From Candidatus Eiseniibacteriota bacterium (lineage in GTDB: Bacteria; Eisenbacteria; RBG-16-71-46), in NCBI GenBank assembly GCA_963717505.1, contig OY970342.1, positions 3,872,001-3,936,000 on the forward strand: 64,000 bases of DNA, read 5' to 3'. Positions within the stretch are counted from its first letter, which is position 1. Every line of letters begins with the position of its first letter. The notes below the pieces were generated by a model. The model saw nothing but the letters and a program-made list of their open reading frames with translations. It searched no databases and was not told the DNA's origin. Position numbers and translations under genes: made by a program. Below are positions 22,512 through 33,294 of this stretch, one piece after another.

Positions 22512-23420
22512 ATGAGCTTTGCCACCGATCGCGACTCCGGCTCCTCCCAAGTCGCCCGCTCGTTTCTCGGCGCACTCGAAACCTGGCTGGCCACCGACCG
22601 ATCGCTCTCGGCGCCCGCACTGCGCACAGCACTGGTGCCGTGGCTGCGCACCGCGCAAATGGCGCAGCCGACGATGGCGCTGGTCCATCAACTCGCCGCC
22701 CGGGCCCTCGACGTCGCCGACGCGGGTGTTGCGCGCGAGGACAAGCCGGCCGACCTGCGGTCGGCACTCGCGGCCTCGTGCGCCACCGAGCGCAAGGACC
22801 TCGAGAGCCAGCAGCGCGCGGTCGCACGCACCGCGGCGGCTTTGATCACCAGTCGCGAACCGTGGATCGCCACAGTGTCGGCGAGCGGGGCGGTGCGGGA
22901 TGCCGTGCTCGAATTGCACGCCCAAGGGAGCCAACCGCGCGTCATGATCGGCGAGAGCCGGCCGCGTTACGAGGGCCGCGACCTGTCCGCCGCACTCGCC
23001 GCCGCGGGAATTCCGGTCTGGCTGGTGGTCGACGCCGCACTGCCGCTTCTGGTCGCCGGCGCGCGCATGGCGTGGATCGGCGCCGATGCCGTCACGGATC
23101 GGGGTGTGATCAACAAAGTCGGCTCATTCGCGCTGGCGCTAGCGGCGCGCGAACATTCGGTGCCGGTCTACGCGCTCGCCTCGCGGCGCAAGTTCCTGCC
23201 CGCCGTCACCGGCGCGCTGCGCATCGGCGAGATGCCGCCGGACGAAGTGTGGAAGGACCCGCCCTCCGGCGTGCGCCCGCGCAACGTCTACTTCGAGCTG
23301 GTGCCGTTCGAACTGTTGCGCGGCGTCGTGGTCGAAGACGCGGTGCTCGGCGCCTCCGAGTCGCGCACCGTGGCGTTCGAGCGACCGCTGCCCGACGAAC
23401 TGGCGGCCGCTCCCGCATGA
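22512..23420 (+). CDS. eIF-2B alpha/beta/delta-like (sugar-phosphate isomerase fold) protein
   Basis: QPTMA, ESRPRYEG, GIPVWLVVDAA, GADAV...VINKVGS and FELVP. Confidence 0.8.
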   Translation: MSFATDRDSGSSQVARSFLGALETWLATDRSLSAPALRTALVPWLRTAQMAQPTMALVHQLAARALDVADAGVAREDKPADLRSALAASCATERKDLESQQRAVARTAAALITSREPWIATVSASGAVRDAVLELHAQGSQPRVMIGESRPRYEGRDLSAALAAAGIPVWLVVDAALPLLVAGARMAWIGADAVTDRGVINKVGSFALALAAREHSVPVYALASRRKFLPAVTGALRIGEMPPDEVWKDPPSGVRPRNVYFELVPFELLRGVVVEDAVLGASESRTVAFERPLPDELAAAPA

Positions 23421-23483
23421 GCATCCCGAGCCGGACCGGATCGTGGTGATCCACCCGATGACGTTCGAGGACCTCGACGGCCG

Positions 23484-24038
23484 CTAGCGATCCGAGAACG
23501 AGACGACGATCTTCCCGTTGATGCCCATGTACTGGGCGGCGTCGTCGTGGAACACGTTGTGGATCGAGACATCGGCGCCGAAGCCGATCTTGGACGTGGC
23601 CGGCATGTACAGGAGACCGCCGACGAAACTCAGTCCGACGTCGCCCTCGGTCTCCTCTGCGATCGCCGCCTCGGCCTTCCGGTTGTAGTAGGCCAACGCA
23701 ATCTGGCCGTACGGCAGCATCGGACCGCCACTTCTCCCGCCCAGGTAGCCCGTGAGGTGCGCGCCAACCTGGAGAATGGAGAAGTCCGTGTCTGCCGCGA
23801 GCACCTCACCGCTGGTCGCGCTGTAGAAGAGATCGAAGCCGTAGCCGAAGTCCTTGCGGACCCGGTTGTCGAGCTGCACGCCGCCATCCCACCCGGTGTC
23901 GGCGATCTCGCTGTAGTCGCCGAGGGGCAGGTGCGCGCCGAAGGCGCCGGACAGCAGCCACTCCGGCTGCGCCGATGCGGGGGCAGCCGCGAAAACACAT
24001 CCGAGTGCGATGAACAAGACGAGCCGCTTGCGGTTCAT
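23484..24038 (-). CDS. Small outer-membrane beta-barrel protein
   Basis: Signal peptide (ASA-Q), 8-stranded OmpA-like pattern, and AGGGAG SD. Confidence 0.7.
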   Translation of the reverse strand: MNRKRLVLFIALGCVFAAAPASAQPEWLLSGAFGAHLPLGDYSEIADTGWDGGVQLDNRVRKDFGYGFDLFYSATSGEVLAADTDFSILQVGAHLTGYLGGRSGGPMLPYGQIALAYYNRKAEAAIAEETEGDVGLSFVGGLLYMPATSKIGFGADVSIHNVFHDDAAQYMGINGKIVVSFSDR

Positions 24039-24128
24039 GAATTTCTCCCTGAGGGTGAGTCCTTTCCGGCTCCGCGTCGCGGGCGCACCGTACCATCCGT
24101 CACCCATGGGGCCCAAGGGACCAGTGGC

Positions 24129-24587
24129 TCAGCTTCTCGATTCCCGCGAGCGAACCGTGCCACCGACTACCAGCGCCGCGGCAATGATCAGCAGGTTCTT
24201 CACGATGTATTGGCCGGCCAGCGTCAGTCCGTAAGGAAACCGGCCCGGCTGGAACGTCATGTCCGGCAGGAACACCAGCGGCATGAACGTCCCCATCATC
24301 TGACCCGCGAGCAGCGCGATCGCGATTCGTATCGTGCGCCGGAACAGGAACAGCACGCCGATCGTGACTTCCCACCAGCCGATGATCACGAGCCAGGTGT
24401 GCGGCGAGAAGAACGGCAGGCGCTCGACCGTGGCCAGCACCAGCGGCTCGGCCGGAGACAGACCGAGTGGCTTCAGAATCCCGAACCAGACGAACACGAT
24501 CGCGAGCGCGATCTGGAGCGCGCGCACGCCCCAGCGCTGCATGAAGCGCGCGATCTGGAGATCGATCGCGTCGAAGTCGGGTTTCAT
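24129..24587 (-). CDS. DoxX/DUF417-like membrane protein
   Basis: Four hydrophobic helices, FVWFGILK and GQYIVKN. Confidence 0.7.
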   Translation of the reverse strand: MKPDFDAIDLQIARFMQRWGVRALQIALAIVFVWFGILKPLGLSPAEPLVLATVERLPFFSPHTWLVIIGWWEVTIGVLFLFRRTIRIAIALLAGQMMGTFMPLVFLPDMTFQPGRFPYGLTLAGQYIVKNLLIIAAALVVGGTVRSRESRS

Positions 24588-24633
24588 TCGTCGCTCACCC
24601 GGGAACCCTCACCTCTGTCGGCACCCATCGTTA

Positions 24634-26082
24634 CTACCCCTTCACGACCAGGAACGGCTTGAGCCGCGCGACCGGCTTGGCGAGATCGGCGCCCTCGACC
24701 ACCCGGACGACATCGGCGACGTCTTTGTAGGCTTCGCTCGTTTCCTCGCGAAGCGTGTCGCGCCCTTCGTAGCGAACGGTCACGCCCAGGGCGCGCAGTT
24801 CCTCGACCAGATCGCGGCCCCGAGTCTCGCGCACCGCCTGGGTGCGGCTCATCTGCCGGCCGGCGCCGTGGCAGCTCGAGCCGAACGCGTTGGCCATCGC
24901 GCCCTCGCCGCCGACTAGCACGTACGAGTAACGCCCCATGTCGCCCGGCACCAGCACCGGTTGCCCGATTGCGCGGTAGGCCTCGGGCACGTCCCGGTGC
25001 CCGGCCGGAAATGCGCGCGTCGCGCCTTTGCGGTGCACCAGGCAGCGCACGCGCCCGGCCGACGTCTGATGGGTCTCGAACTTGGCGATGTTGTGGGCGA
25101 CGTCGTAGACCAGACCGAGCCCCATGGACTCGGCGCTGCGGCTCAGCGTGCGCTGGAACGCGCGGCGCACGCCGTCGGCGATGCACTGCCGGTTCGCCCA
25201 CGCGAAGTTGGCGGCGGCGTTCATTGCACCTAGATACGCCTCGGCTTCGGGCGTTCCGAGCGGCGCGCACGCGAGCTGGCGGTCGGGCAGCACGATCCCC
25301 CATCCGGCCAGCTTGTGCGACACGTCGCGAACGTAGTCGGTGCACACCTGGTGGCCGAGTCCGCGCGAGCCGCAGTGAATCATCACGGTCACATTCCCGG
25401 GCTCGAGCCCCATCGCGCCGGCGGCGTCTTCGCGATAGACGGCTTCTACCTCCTGGACTTCCAGGAAGTGGTTGCCCGAGCCGAGTGTCCCCAGCTGATC
25501 CTTGCCACGAGCACGGGCACCCTCGCTGACCTGGGACGGATCGGCGTTGGCGAGCCGACCGCCTTCTTCGCAGTGGTCCAGATCGCTGGCCCAGCCGCGC
25601 CCCTGCGACACCGCCCACGCCGCACCCTGCCTGAGCACATTCATCAGCTCGCCCATCGACAGGCGCACCGCCCCCGACGAACCAACGCCGCACGGCACCT
25701 CGCGAAACAACGCATCGGCCAGGCGTTCCAGGTGCGGGCTCAACTCGTCGCGCGTGAGCCGGGTCCGCATCAGCCGCACGCCACAGCCGATGTCGTAGCC
25801 GACCGCACCCGGCGACACCACGCCACGCTTGGGATCGGTCGCGACCACCCCGCCGACCGGCAGACCGTAGCCCCAATGGGCGTCCGGCATGGCGATCGAG
25901 GCTTCGAGGATCCCCGGCAGGTGCGCAGCGTTTCGCACCTGATCGGGCGTGCGGTCCGAGAGCATGCGTTCGACCAGCGGACGATCGGCGAACAGAATCC
26001 CGGGGACTCGCATGCCGCCGGTCGCCGGAATGCGCCAGCGGAACTCGTCGATTTGCTCGAGTTCAGAGAGCGCGAGCGCCAT
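24634..26082 (-). CDS. rtcB: RNA 2',3'-cyclic phosphate/3'-P ligase RtcB
   Basis: MPDAHWGYG, VGYDIGCG, GTLGSGNHFLE, HCGSRG, HNIA, HRKGAT, PGDMG, HGAGR and AYKD. Confidence 0.95.
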   Translation of the reverse strand: MALALSELEQIDEFRWRIPATGGMRVPGILFADRPLVERMLSDRTPDQVRNAAHLPGILEASIAMPDAHWGYGLPVGGVVATDPKRGVVSPGAVGYDIGCGVRLMRTRLTRDELSPHLERLADALFREVPCGVGSSGAVRLSMGELMNVLRQGAAWAVSQGRGWASDLDHCEEGGRLANADPSQVSEGARARGKDQLGTLGSGNHFLEVQEVEAVYREDAAGAMGLEPGNVTVMIHCGSRGLGHQVCTDYVRDVSHKLAGWGIVLPDRQLACAPLGTPEAEAYLGAMNAAANFAWANRQCIADGVRRAFQRTLSRSAESMGLGLVYDVAHNIAKFETHQTSAGRVRCLVHRKGATRAFPAGHRDVPEAYRAIGQPVLVPGDMGRYSYVLVGGEGAMANAFGSSCHGAGRQMSRTQAVRETRGRDLVEELRALGVTVRYEGRDTLREETSEAYKDVADVVRVVEGADLAKPVARLKPFLVVKG

Positions 26083-26084
26083 GG

Positions 26085-27092
26085 TCAGCCCTCGTCGCTG
26101 CGGGTGCGCTGGCTCAGGTAGATGGTCGAAGCGCCGCCGGCGATCAGGCACACACCGACGAACACGCCGAGGAACCGCTCGCTGCTCGCCGGCCAGCGCA
26201 GGTAGACCATCAGCGCGCACACCACCATGACGAAGCCGGCGCCGAGCGTGCCGGACCAATTGCGGATCGGCCGGCTGAACAGGCCGACGGCGAGTTTCGA
26301 GATCCCGTGAAACGCGAGCACCGCGGCGATCAGGACGCCGACGCCGACGACCGCCAGCGATGTGTTGACCAGGAACAGCACCGCGGCCACCAGGTACTGG
26401 ACCGCGAAGAACAGGATGGGAACCGCCGTGCGCAGATCGCGGCCGTGAAACGCGTAGATCGCGTTCGACACGCCGGTCGCGGCGAAGAACACGCCGAGCA
26501 GGATGGTGAACGACACTGCCGAGAAGGCCGGCGCCAGCATCGCGGCGATCCCGGCGAGGATCGCGACCGCGCCCATGCCGATCGAAGCCGGCTCGGTCGG
26601 TGGCACCCAGGCGGTGCGTTCCGGTTTGACCACGACCCCGGGCGCGCCACTCTCCATCAGTTGGCCCGGTTCGAGACTCCATTCGCGTTCCACGCGTCGC
26701 GCCTGGCGCCGCAGCCGGTCGACCCAGTCTTGGCACTGGTTGCTGAAGAACGAGTAATAGTAGCCGTCCTGCTGCCGGCTCAGCGCCTCGCGCATGACCT
26801 CCGGCGCATAGATCCGTCCGGTCAGGAAGTAGCCCGCGCGCTGCAGGTCCTCGAGCGTGTGGATGGGCTTGCCGAAGTCGGCTTCGCTGAAGCGCCTGCC
26901 TTTCTCGCTGTAGCCGATGTCGTCGAGCACGCGATTGCCGTCGATGAAGAACAGCTGCTCATGACGCAGCTCGAGATTGAGGGCGTCGCCGAGCGGGTTG
27001 TTGAGCAGCGGTGCGACCCACGACATCTTTTCGAGGTCGCGCTTGGCGAATCGTGCATACGGCCGTGGCTCGGCGGGCGTGCGCTCGGTCAT
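26085..27092 (-). CDS. Permuted papain-like domain fused to an HdeD/DUF308-type membrane domain
   Basis: Soluble N-half with HEQLFF and YSFFSNQCQDWV; C-half has about six TM helices ending VGVCLIAGG. Confidence 0.6.
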   Translation of the reverse strand: MTERTPAEPRPYARFAKRDLEKMSWVAPLLNNPLGDALNLELRHEQLFFIDGNRVLDDIGYSEKGRRFSEADFGKPIHTLEDLQRAGYFLTGRIYAPEVMREALSRQQDGYYYSFFSNQCQDWVDRLRRQARRVEREWSLEPGQLMESGAPGVVVKPERTAWVPPTEPASIGMGAVAILAGIAAMLAPAFSAVSFTILLGVFFAATGVSNAIYAFHGRDLRTAVPILFFAVQYLVAAVLFLVNTSLAVVGVGVLIAAVLAFHGISKLAVGLFSRPIRNWSGTLGAGFVMVVCALMVYLRWPASSERFLGVFVGVCLIAGGASTIYLSQRTRSDEG

Positions 27093-29911
27093 GCGATCTT
27101 GCGTGGCGGATCGGACGCCGTGTCGCGCAGGAAGCGGCCGGTCCAGGACTCCTCTGTGGCGATGATGTCCTCGGGCGCCCCCTCGGCCACCAGGCGCCCT
27201 CCGCGATCCCCGCCGTCCGGGCCCAGGTCGACCACCCAGTCGCAGTTCCGGATCACGTCGAGGTTGTGCTCGACCACGATCACGGTGCCGCCGCGTCCGG
27301 TCAGGCTGTCGAGCACGTCGAGCAGGCGCTGGACGTCGACATAGTGGAGTCCGACGGTCGGTTCGTCGAGCAGGTAGAGGGTTCGGCCCGACTGCTTCTC
27401 CCCCAGCTCGCGCGCGACCTTGAGCCGTTGTGCCTCGCCGCCCGAGAGCTGGTTCGCGGGCTGGCCGAGACGCAGATAGCCGAGGCCGACCTGTCGCAGC
27501 AGGTGGAGGGCCCGAGTAAACCGCGGCTCACGGGCAAAGTGCTCGAACGCCTGGTCGACGGTCAGGTCGAGCGCTTCGCGGATGTTGACGCCGCGGTAGC
27601 GGACCTCGAGCACCTCGGGTCGAAAGCGCGCGCCATCGCAGGTCTCACACGGCACGGTCAGGTCGGCGAGAAAGTACATCTCGACCGTGACCCAGCCGGC
27701 GCCCTGGCAGGTTTCGCACCGGCCGCCGGCCGTGTTGAACGAGAACGCGCCATCCTTGAGTCCACGAGCGAGGGCGGCCGGCTGGCGTGCGTAGATCTGG
27801 CGCAGCGGCGCGTAGGCTCCGAGGTACGACACCGGGCACGAGCGCGGCGTCCGTCCGATCGGCGACTGATCGACCAGGACGACCCGATCGATCGCGTCGA
27901 GCCCGTGGATCGCGCGGTGCGGGCCGGGAGCGTCCGCGATCGTCTCGCCGATCGCGCGCGCGGCGGCGCGGTACAGCACCTCCTCCACCAGGCTGCTCTT
28001 GCCCGAGCCCGAAACCCCGGTCACCGCGGTCAGCCGGCCGAGCGGAAAACGCGCGGTCACGTCCTGGAGGTTGTGGTGGCTCGCCCCCTCGACCGTGAGG
28101 AACTGATTCGGAGTCGACGCGTCCCGCTTTCGGGTGATCTTCTTCTCGCCGCGCAGGTAGCGGGCGGTCTCGGTGTCGACCTGGGCGAGCGCGCCGCCTC
28201 CGCGCCCGGCGTAGAGCACGTGGCCCCCCTGCTCGCCGGCTCCGGGACCCAGATCGACCAGGTGGTGCGCGGCCTGGATCACACGCGGCTCGTGCTCGAC
28301 CACCACCAAGGTGTTCCCGCGCGAGGCCAGCTCGTCGAGAATTTCGATCAGCCGGTCGGTGTCGCGCGGATGGAGGCCGACGGTGGGTTCGTCGAGCACG
28401 TAGAGCGTGTCGGCCAGATTCGCGCCCAGGGCATTGGCCAGCTCGATTCGCTGCGCTTCGCCGCCCGACAGCGTGCGGGTCAGCCGATCGAGCGTCAGAT
28501 AGCCGAGGTCGACCCGCAGTAGAAAACGCACGCGGGAGCTGAGCTCGGTGAACAAGGAGGCGGTGATGGTTCGCTCGCGATCGTCGAGCGAAAGCGCGGC
28601 GATCCACTCGGCGACCTGGACCACGGTCATCGCCGTGACCTCGGCGATCGTGCGGCCGCGCAGCGTGACCGCGAGGGCTTCGGGCCGCACGCGCGCCCCG
28701 CCGCAGCCCGAGCATGGGCGAGCGGTCTGGTACTTCTTGACGATGAAGCGATTGCCGACGTCGTAGGCCTTCTTCTGGAGCCGCTCGAGAAACGGGATCG
28801 CGCCCCGGAAGCCTTCGCCGCCCTCGAGCAGCAGTTTGCGGTCGGCGGCCGGCAGCTTGCGCCACGGCCGATCCATGGGGATTCCGCGTTCACGCGCGAA
28901 CGCTTCGAGCTTGGGCCCGAACACCTTCTTCCACGATCCCGCCCACGGCCGGATCGCGTCGTCGCGCAGGGTGCGGTTCTCGTCGGGAATGATCAACGTC
29001 GGATCGAAGGTCAGGACGTCTCCGAATCCACGACACACCGGGCAGACCCCGAGCGGGCTATTGAACGAGAACAACGCCGGCTCGGGCTGCATCGCGGGTT
29101 CACCGCAGTTCCGGCACTCCCAGCGCTCGGTGCGCGGCTCCGGCTCGCGCGCGCCGCGCACGATCTCGAGCTTGCCTTCGCCTCGGCCGTAGGCCTGTTC
29201 GCACGCCTCGGCCAGCCGGCTCTCCTCGCCCGGTTGCCAGGTGAAGCGATCGGCGATCACCCGAACCTCGCGACTGCCGCGCGGCAAGCTCGGCAGCGGC
29301 TCGAGCGGCGTCACCTGGCCGGCGAGCAGGATGCGCGTGAAGCCCGCCTGCAGCAGGTGATCCGCCTGCTCCTCCCAGGTCGCATGCGCGAGCCGCGGCA
29401 CCCGCGCCAGCACCAGGATCGTCTCCCCCGCCGGCCACGAGACGGCCTCGCGGGTGATGAGGTCCGGCGTGTCGGCGACGATCGGCTCCCGGCAGTTGCG
29501 GCAATGGACCGTGCCGAGCCGCGCGAACAACAGCCGCAGGTAGTCGTGGATCTCGGTGGTCGTCCCGACCGTGGAGCGGGCGCTGCGCGCCGGCGACACC
29601 TGCTGGATGGCCACCGCCGGCGTCAGGCCGGTGATCGAGTCGACCTCGGGGCGCGGAAGCCGGTCCAGGTACTGCTTGGCGTAGGTCGAAACCGACTCGA
29701 CGTAGCGGCGCTGGCCCTCCGCATAGAGGGTATCGAAGGCGAGCGACGACTTTCCCGAGCCGGAGACCCCGGTGATCACGGTGAGCGCGCCGCGCGGCAG
29801 ATCGACGTCCACGCCCTTGAGATTGTGCTGGCGCGCGCCCCGAACCTCGATGACATCGGCGGGGCGCTGGGCAACCGCGGCGGGCTCGGGAGCAGGGGTC
29901 GATGCAGGCAC
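27089..29911 (-). CDS. uvrA: Excinuclease ABC subunit A (UvrA family, possibly a paralogue)
   Basis: ARQHNLK, two [10 protein letters not shown] Walker A motifs, two LSGGEAQR motifs, and several CxxC Zn fingers. Confidence 0.93.
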   Translation of the reverse strand: MPASTPAPEPAAVAQRPADVIEVRGARQHNLKGVDVDLPRGALTVITGVSGSGKSSLAFDTLYAEGQRRYVESVSTYAKQYLDRLPRPEVDSITGLTPAVAIQQVSPARSARSTVGTTTEIHDYLRLLFARLGTVHCRNCREPIVADTPDLITREAVSWPAGETILVLARVPRLAHATWEEQADHLLQAGFTRILLAGQVTPLEPLPSLPRGSREVRVIADRFTWQPGEESRLAEACEQAYGRGEGKLEIVRGAREPEPRTERWECRNCGEPAMQPEPALFSFNSPLGVCPVCRGFGDVLTFDPTLIIPDENRTLRDDAIRPWAGSWKKVFGPKLEAFARERGIPMDRPWRKLPAADRKLLLEGGEGFRGAIPFLERLQKKAYDVGNRFIVKKYQTARPCSGCGGARVRPEALAVTLRGRTIAEVTAMTVVQVAEWIAALSLDDRERTITASLFTELSSRVRFLLRVDLGYLTLDRLTRTLSGGEAQRIELANALGANLADTLYVLDEPTVGLHPRDTDRLIEILDELASRGNTLVVVEHEPRVIQAAHHLVDLGPGAGEQGGHVLYAGRGGGALAQVDTETARYLRGEKKITRKRDASTPNQFLTVEGASHHNLQDVTARFPLGRLTAVTGVSGSGKSSLVEEVLYRAAARAIGETIADAPGPHRAIHGLDAIDRVVLVDQSPIGRTPRSCPVSYLGAYAPLRQIYARQPAALARGLKDGAFSFNTAGGRCETCQGAGWVTVEMYFLADLTVPCETCDGARFRPEVLEVRYRGVNIREALDLTVDQAFEHFAREPRFTRALHLLRQVGLGYLRLGQPANQLSGGEAQRLKVARELGEKQSGRTLYLLDEPTVGLHYVDVQRLLDVLDSLTGRGGTVIVVEHNLDVIRNCDWVVDLGPDGGDRGGRLVAEGAPEDIIATEESWTGRFLRDTASDPPRKIA

Positions 29912-30117
29912 CAGAGGTCGCAGAATAGCAGACGACCCGCCCATCCATGGGCGGGTCGCTGCGCCGAACTGGAGGGAGACGGCCAGCCCTAGCGCAAAAC
30001 CTCCAGCTCCTACTGCGGAGTCCTCGGACACCGACCCGTGACCCCCCACGGCTCCCTTGACCGTGAGCGATCGACGCCCCGGCGCCGCCGCTCCATCGGC
30101 GGCGCTGGATGCGAAGT

Positions 30118-30153
30118 GGGGACTGGCCGGCAGTTACCCGCCAACCAATCCCC
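30118..30153 (-). terminator. Long hairpin downstream of the small basic peptide gene
   Basis: Minus strand GGGGATTGGTTGGCGG-GTAA-CTGCCGGCCAGTCCCC pairs over 16 bp including G-U pairs; U-tail is weak. Confidence 0.5.
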
Positions 30154-30188
30154 CTCAGGACGTGCCAGGTCCGGAATCTGTATTTGAA

Positions 30189-30257
30189 CTACTTGCGCTT
30201 CTTCGCAGCCTTCTTCTTCGTTCCCTTCTTCTTCGCAGCCTTCTTGCGCTTCGGCAC
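30189..30257 (-). CDS. 22-aa Lys-rich basic peptide MPKRKKAAKKKGTKKKAAKKRK
   Basis: GTG start 6 nt after the SD GGAGGTG, uniform AAG codons, TAG stop; too short for the ORF track. Confidence 0.75.
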   Translation of the reverse strand: MPKRKKAAKKKGTKKKAAKKRK

Positions 30258-30397
30258 GAAAATCACCTCCCCGACTGTCAGCCTTCGGGGCGCACGGTCC
30301 TTCCGTGGCCACCATCCGTGGTCCGGCTACGCTTCGCGCAGCCCATGCAGCCACGACCGGCCGCTCCCGAGCGCGCCGGATGGCTTCGTTGCACACT

Positions 30398-30416
30398 GCA
30401 AGCACGCCGCGTGCCG
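30398..30416 (-). promoter_or_regulatory. Putative sigma54 promoter of the basic peptide gene
   Basis: CGGCACGCGGCGTGCTTGC, i.e. GG-N10-GC, with an AT-richer upstream region. Confidence 0.55.
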
Positions 30417-30626
30417 TGATCATGAAGTTCGAGCGTGACTTTCAGTATGTGCCGTATTCGCAACACGTAATCATCCGAAATAAGTTCGCGAATCGACCAC
30501 ACCGAATGTGGATCATCTGTGGATCGTCGCTGTAAGTGTCCAAAACGTGGGGAGTTCCGGCTTCGGCGCGCGGCAAGCTTTTGCGGCAACGGTACCTAGA
30601 CGGAAGTGTCTAGTTTCTTGTGAGCG

Positions 30627-32008
<1,382 letters not shown>

Positions 32009-32012
<4 letters not shown>

Positions 32013-33112
32013 CGCTCGTCCTCGGCGCGGCTCGCGGGTTCGTTGGGCACCGGGAACGCGACGCGCAGGGTGGCACCGCCCCCGGGGTTGTTGCGCACCG
32101 TGACCCGACCGCCGGCTTCGCGCACGATCTGGACGGAGATCGGTAGCCCGAGCCCGGTGCCCATCGATCGGGTGGTGAAGAACGGGTCGAAGATCTTCTC
32201 CATCAGCTCGCGCGGGATCCCGACTCCGGTGTCGCGAAACGACACGTCGGCCATCGATCGGCGGGTGCGGTAGCGCTTGAGCTCGGTGGCGATGTGCAGC
32301 TCGCCGCCCTGCGGCATGGCCTGGATCGCGTTCAGACAAAGATTCAGGAACGCCTGCTGGACCAGATCCGGGTCGGCGTAGACCTCGGGCAGGTCGCCGG
32401 CGTACTCGCGCACCAGCCGAACCTGGGCATCGCCGAGCTGGAGGTCGATCATGTCCAGCGTCTTGTCGAGCACCTGGTGCAGGTTGCACGGGCGCGGACG
32501 CGCGGACGGCGGCTTCGCGAACATTAGGAGGCCGGTGATGATCTGCTCGATCCGGTCGAGTTCCTTGATGACGTCCTCGAGGTCCTCCCGGCGCGGGTCG
32601 CGGCGCTTGAGCTTGGAACCGACGAACTGGACCGTGGTGCGAATCCCGGTCAGCGGGTTGCGGATCTCGTGCGCGACGTAGGCCGACAGCTCGCCGAGCG
32701 AAACCAGCCGATCGATGTTCTTCTGGAACTCGCCGTCCTCGCTCTCCGAGATCGGGTCGGCGAGGATCACCGAGCCAATCGGGTCGCCTTCCTCGTCGCG
32801 AATCGGAAAGGCCTCGGCCTTGAGGGTCAGCTCGCGGCCTTCGGTCTCATGGCGAAATTCCCGGGGCTCGCGGGACGCCCCCTTGAGCCACCGAGCGTCG
32901 GCGCCGGGGAACAGGCGCGCGGCCGGAGCGCCCATCAGGCTGCCCTCTTCGGCGCCCAGCAACTCTTCGATCCGGCGATTGTGGAACACCACGCGGCGAT
33001 CGCGATCGAGCGCGACCACAGCCTGCTCGAGCGCGTCGAGGGCCTGAATCGGCCAAGTCGGCACCCGCACCGGTGTCTCGGGCTCGGGCGGGCGTACCGT
33101 GGCCTCGCGCAT
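32009..33112 (-). CDS. PAS-domain histidine kinase (cytoplasmic)
   Basis: AHEIRNPL H-box, NLCLNAIQA, DTGVGI, FDPFFTT and GTGLGL; no TM helix. Confidence 0.92.
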
Positions 33113-33294
33113 GGACGTGCATCCCTCCGCTGGATGACTGGGTCGCAGCGGCCTACGGGTAGCACACCGGGAGCACGACTGCCAGCGAAAAGCGGTTTGA
33201 GCCGCGCGCACTGACGCTGATAGACTGCGCGGTTCCTTATTGTCCCCCTCTTGACCCGATTGCGCGGACCCGGGCTCGCGCCCCCGCGTTGGAG

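Noticed and set aside
24634-26736. 700-aa ORF suggesting an N-terminally extended RtcB
   Set aside because: The extension is an alternative frame over the 26085-27092 gene; RtcB similarity starts at ATG 26082.
30285-30330. CGGAAGG resembling the SRP RNA domain IV loop
   Set aside because: The flanking CAGG and AGCAG internal-loop residues are missing.
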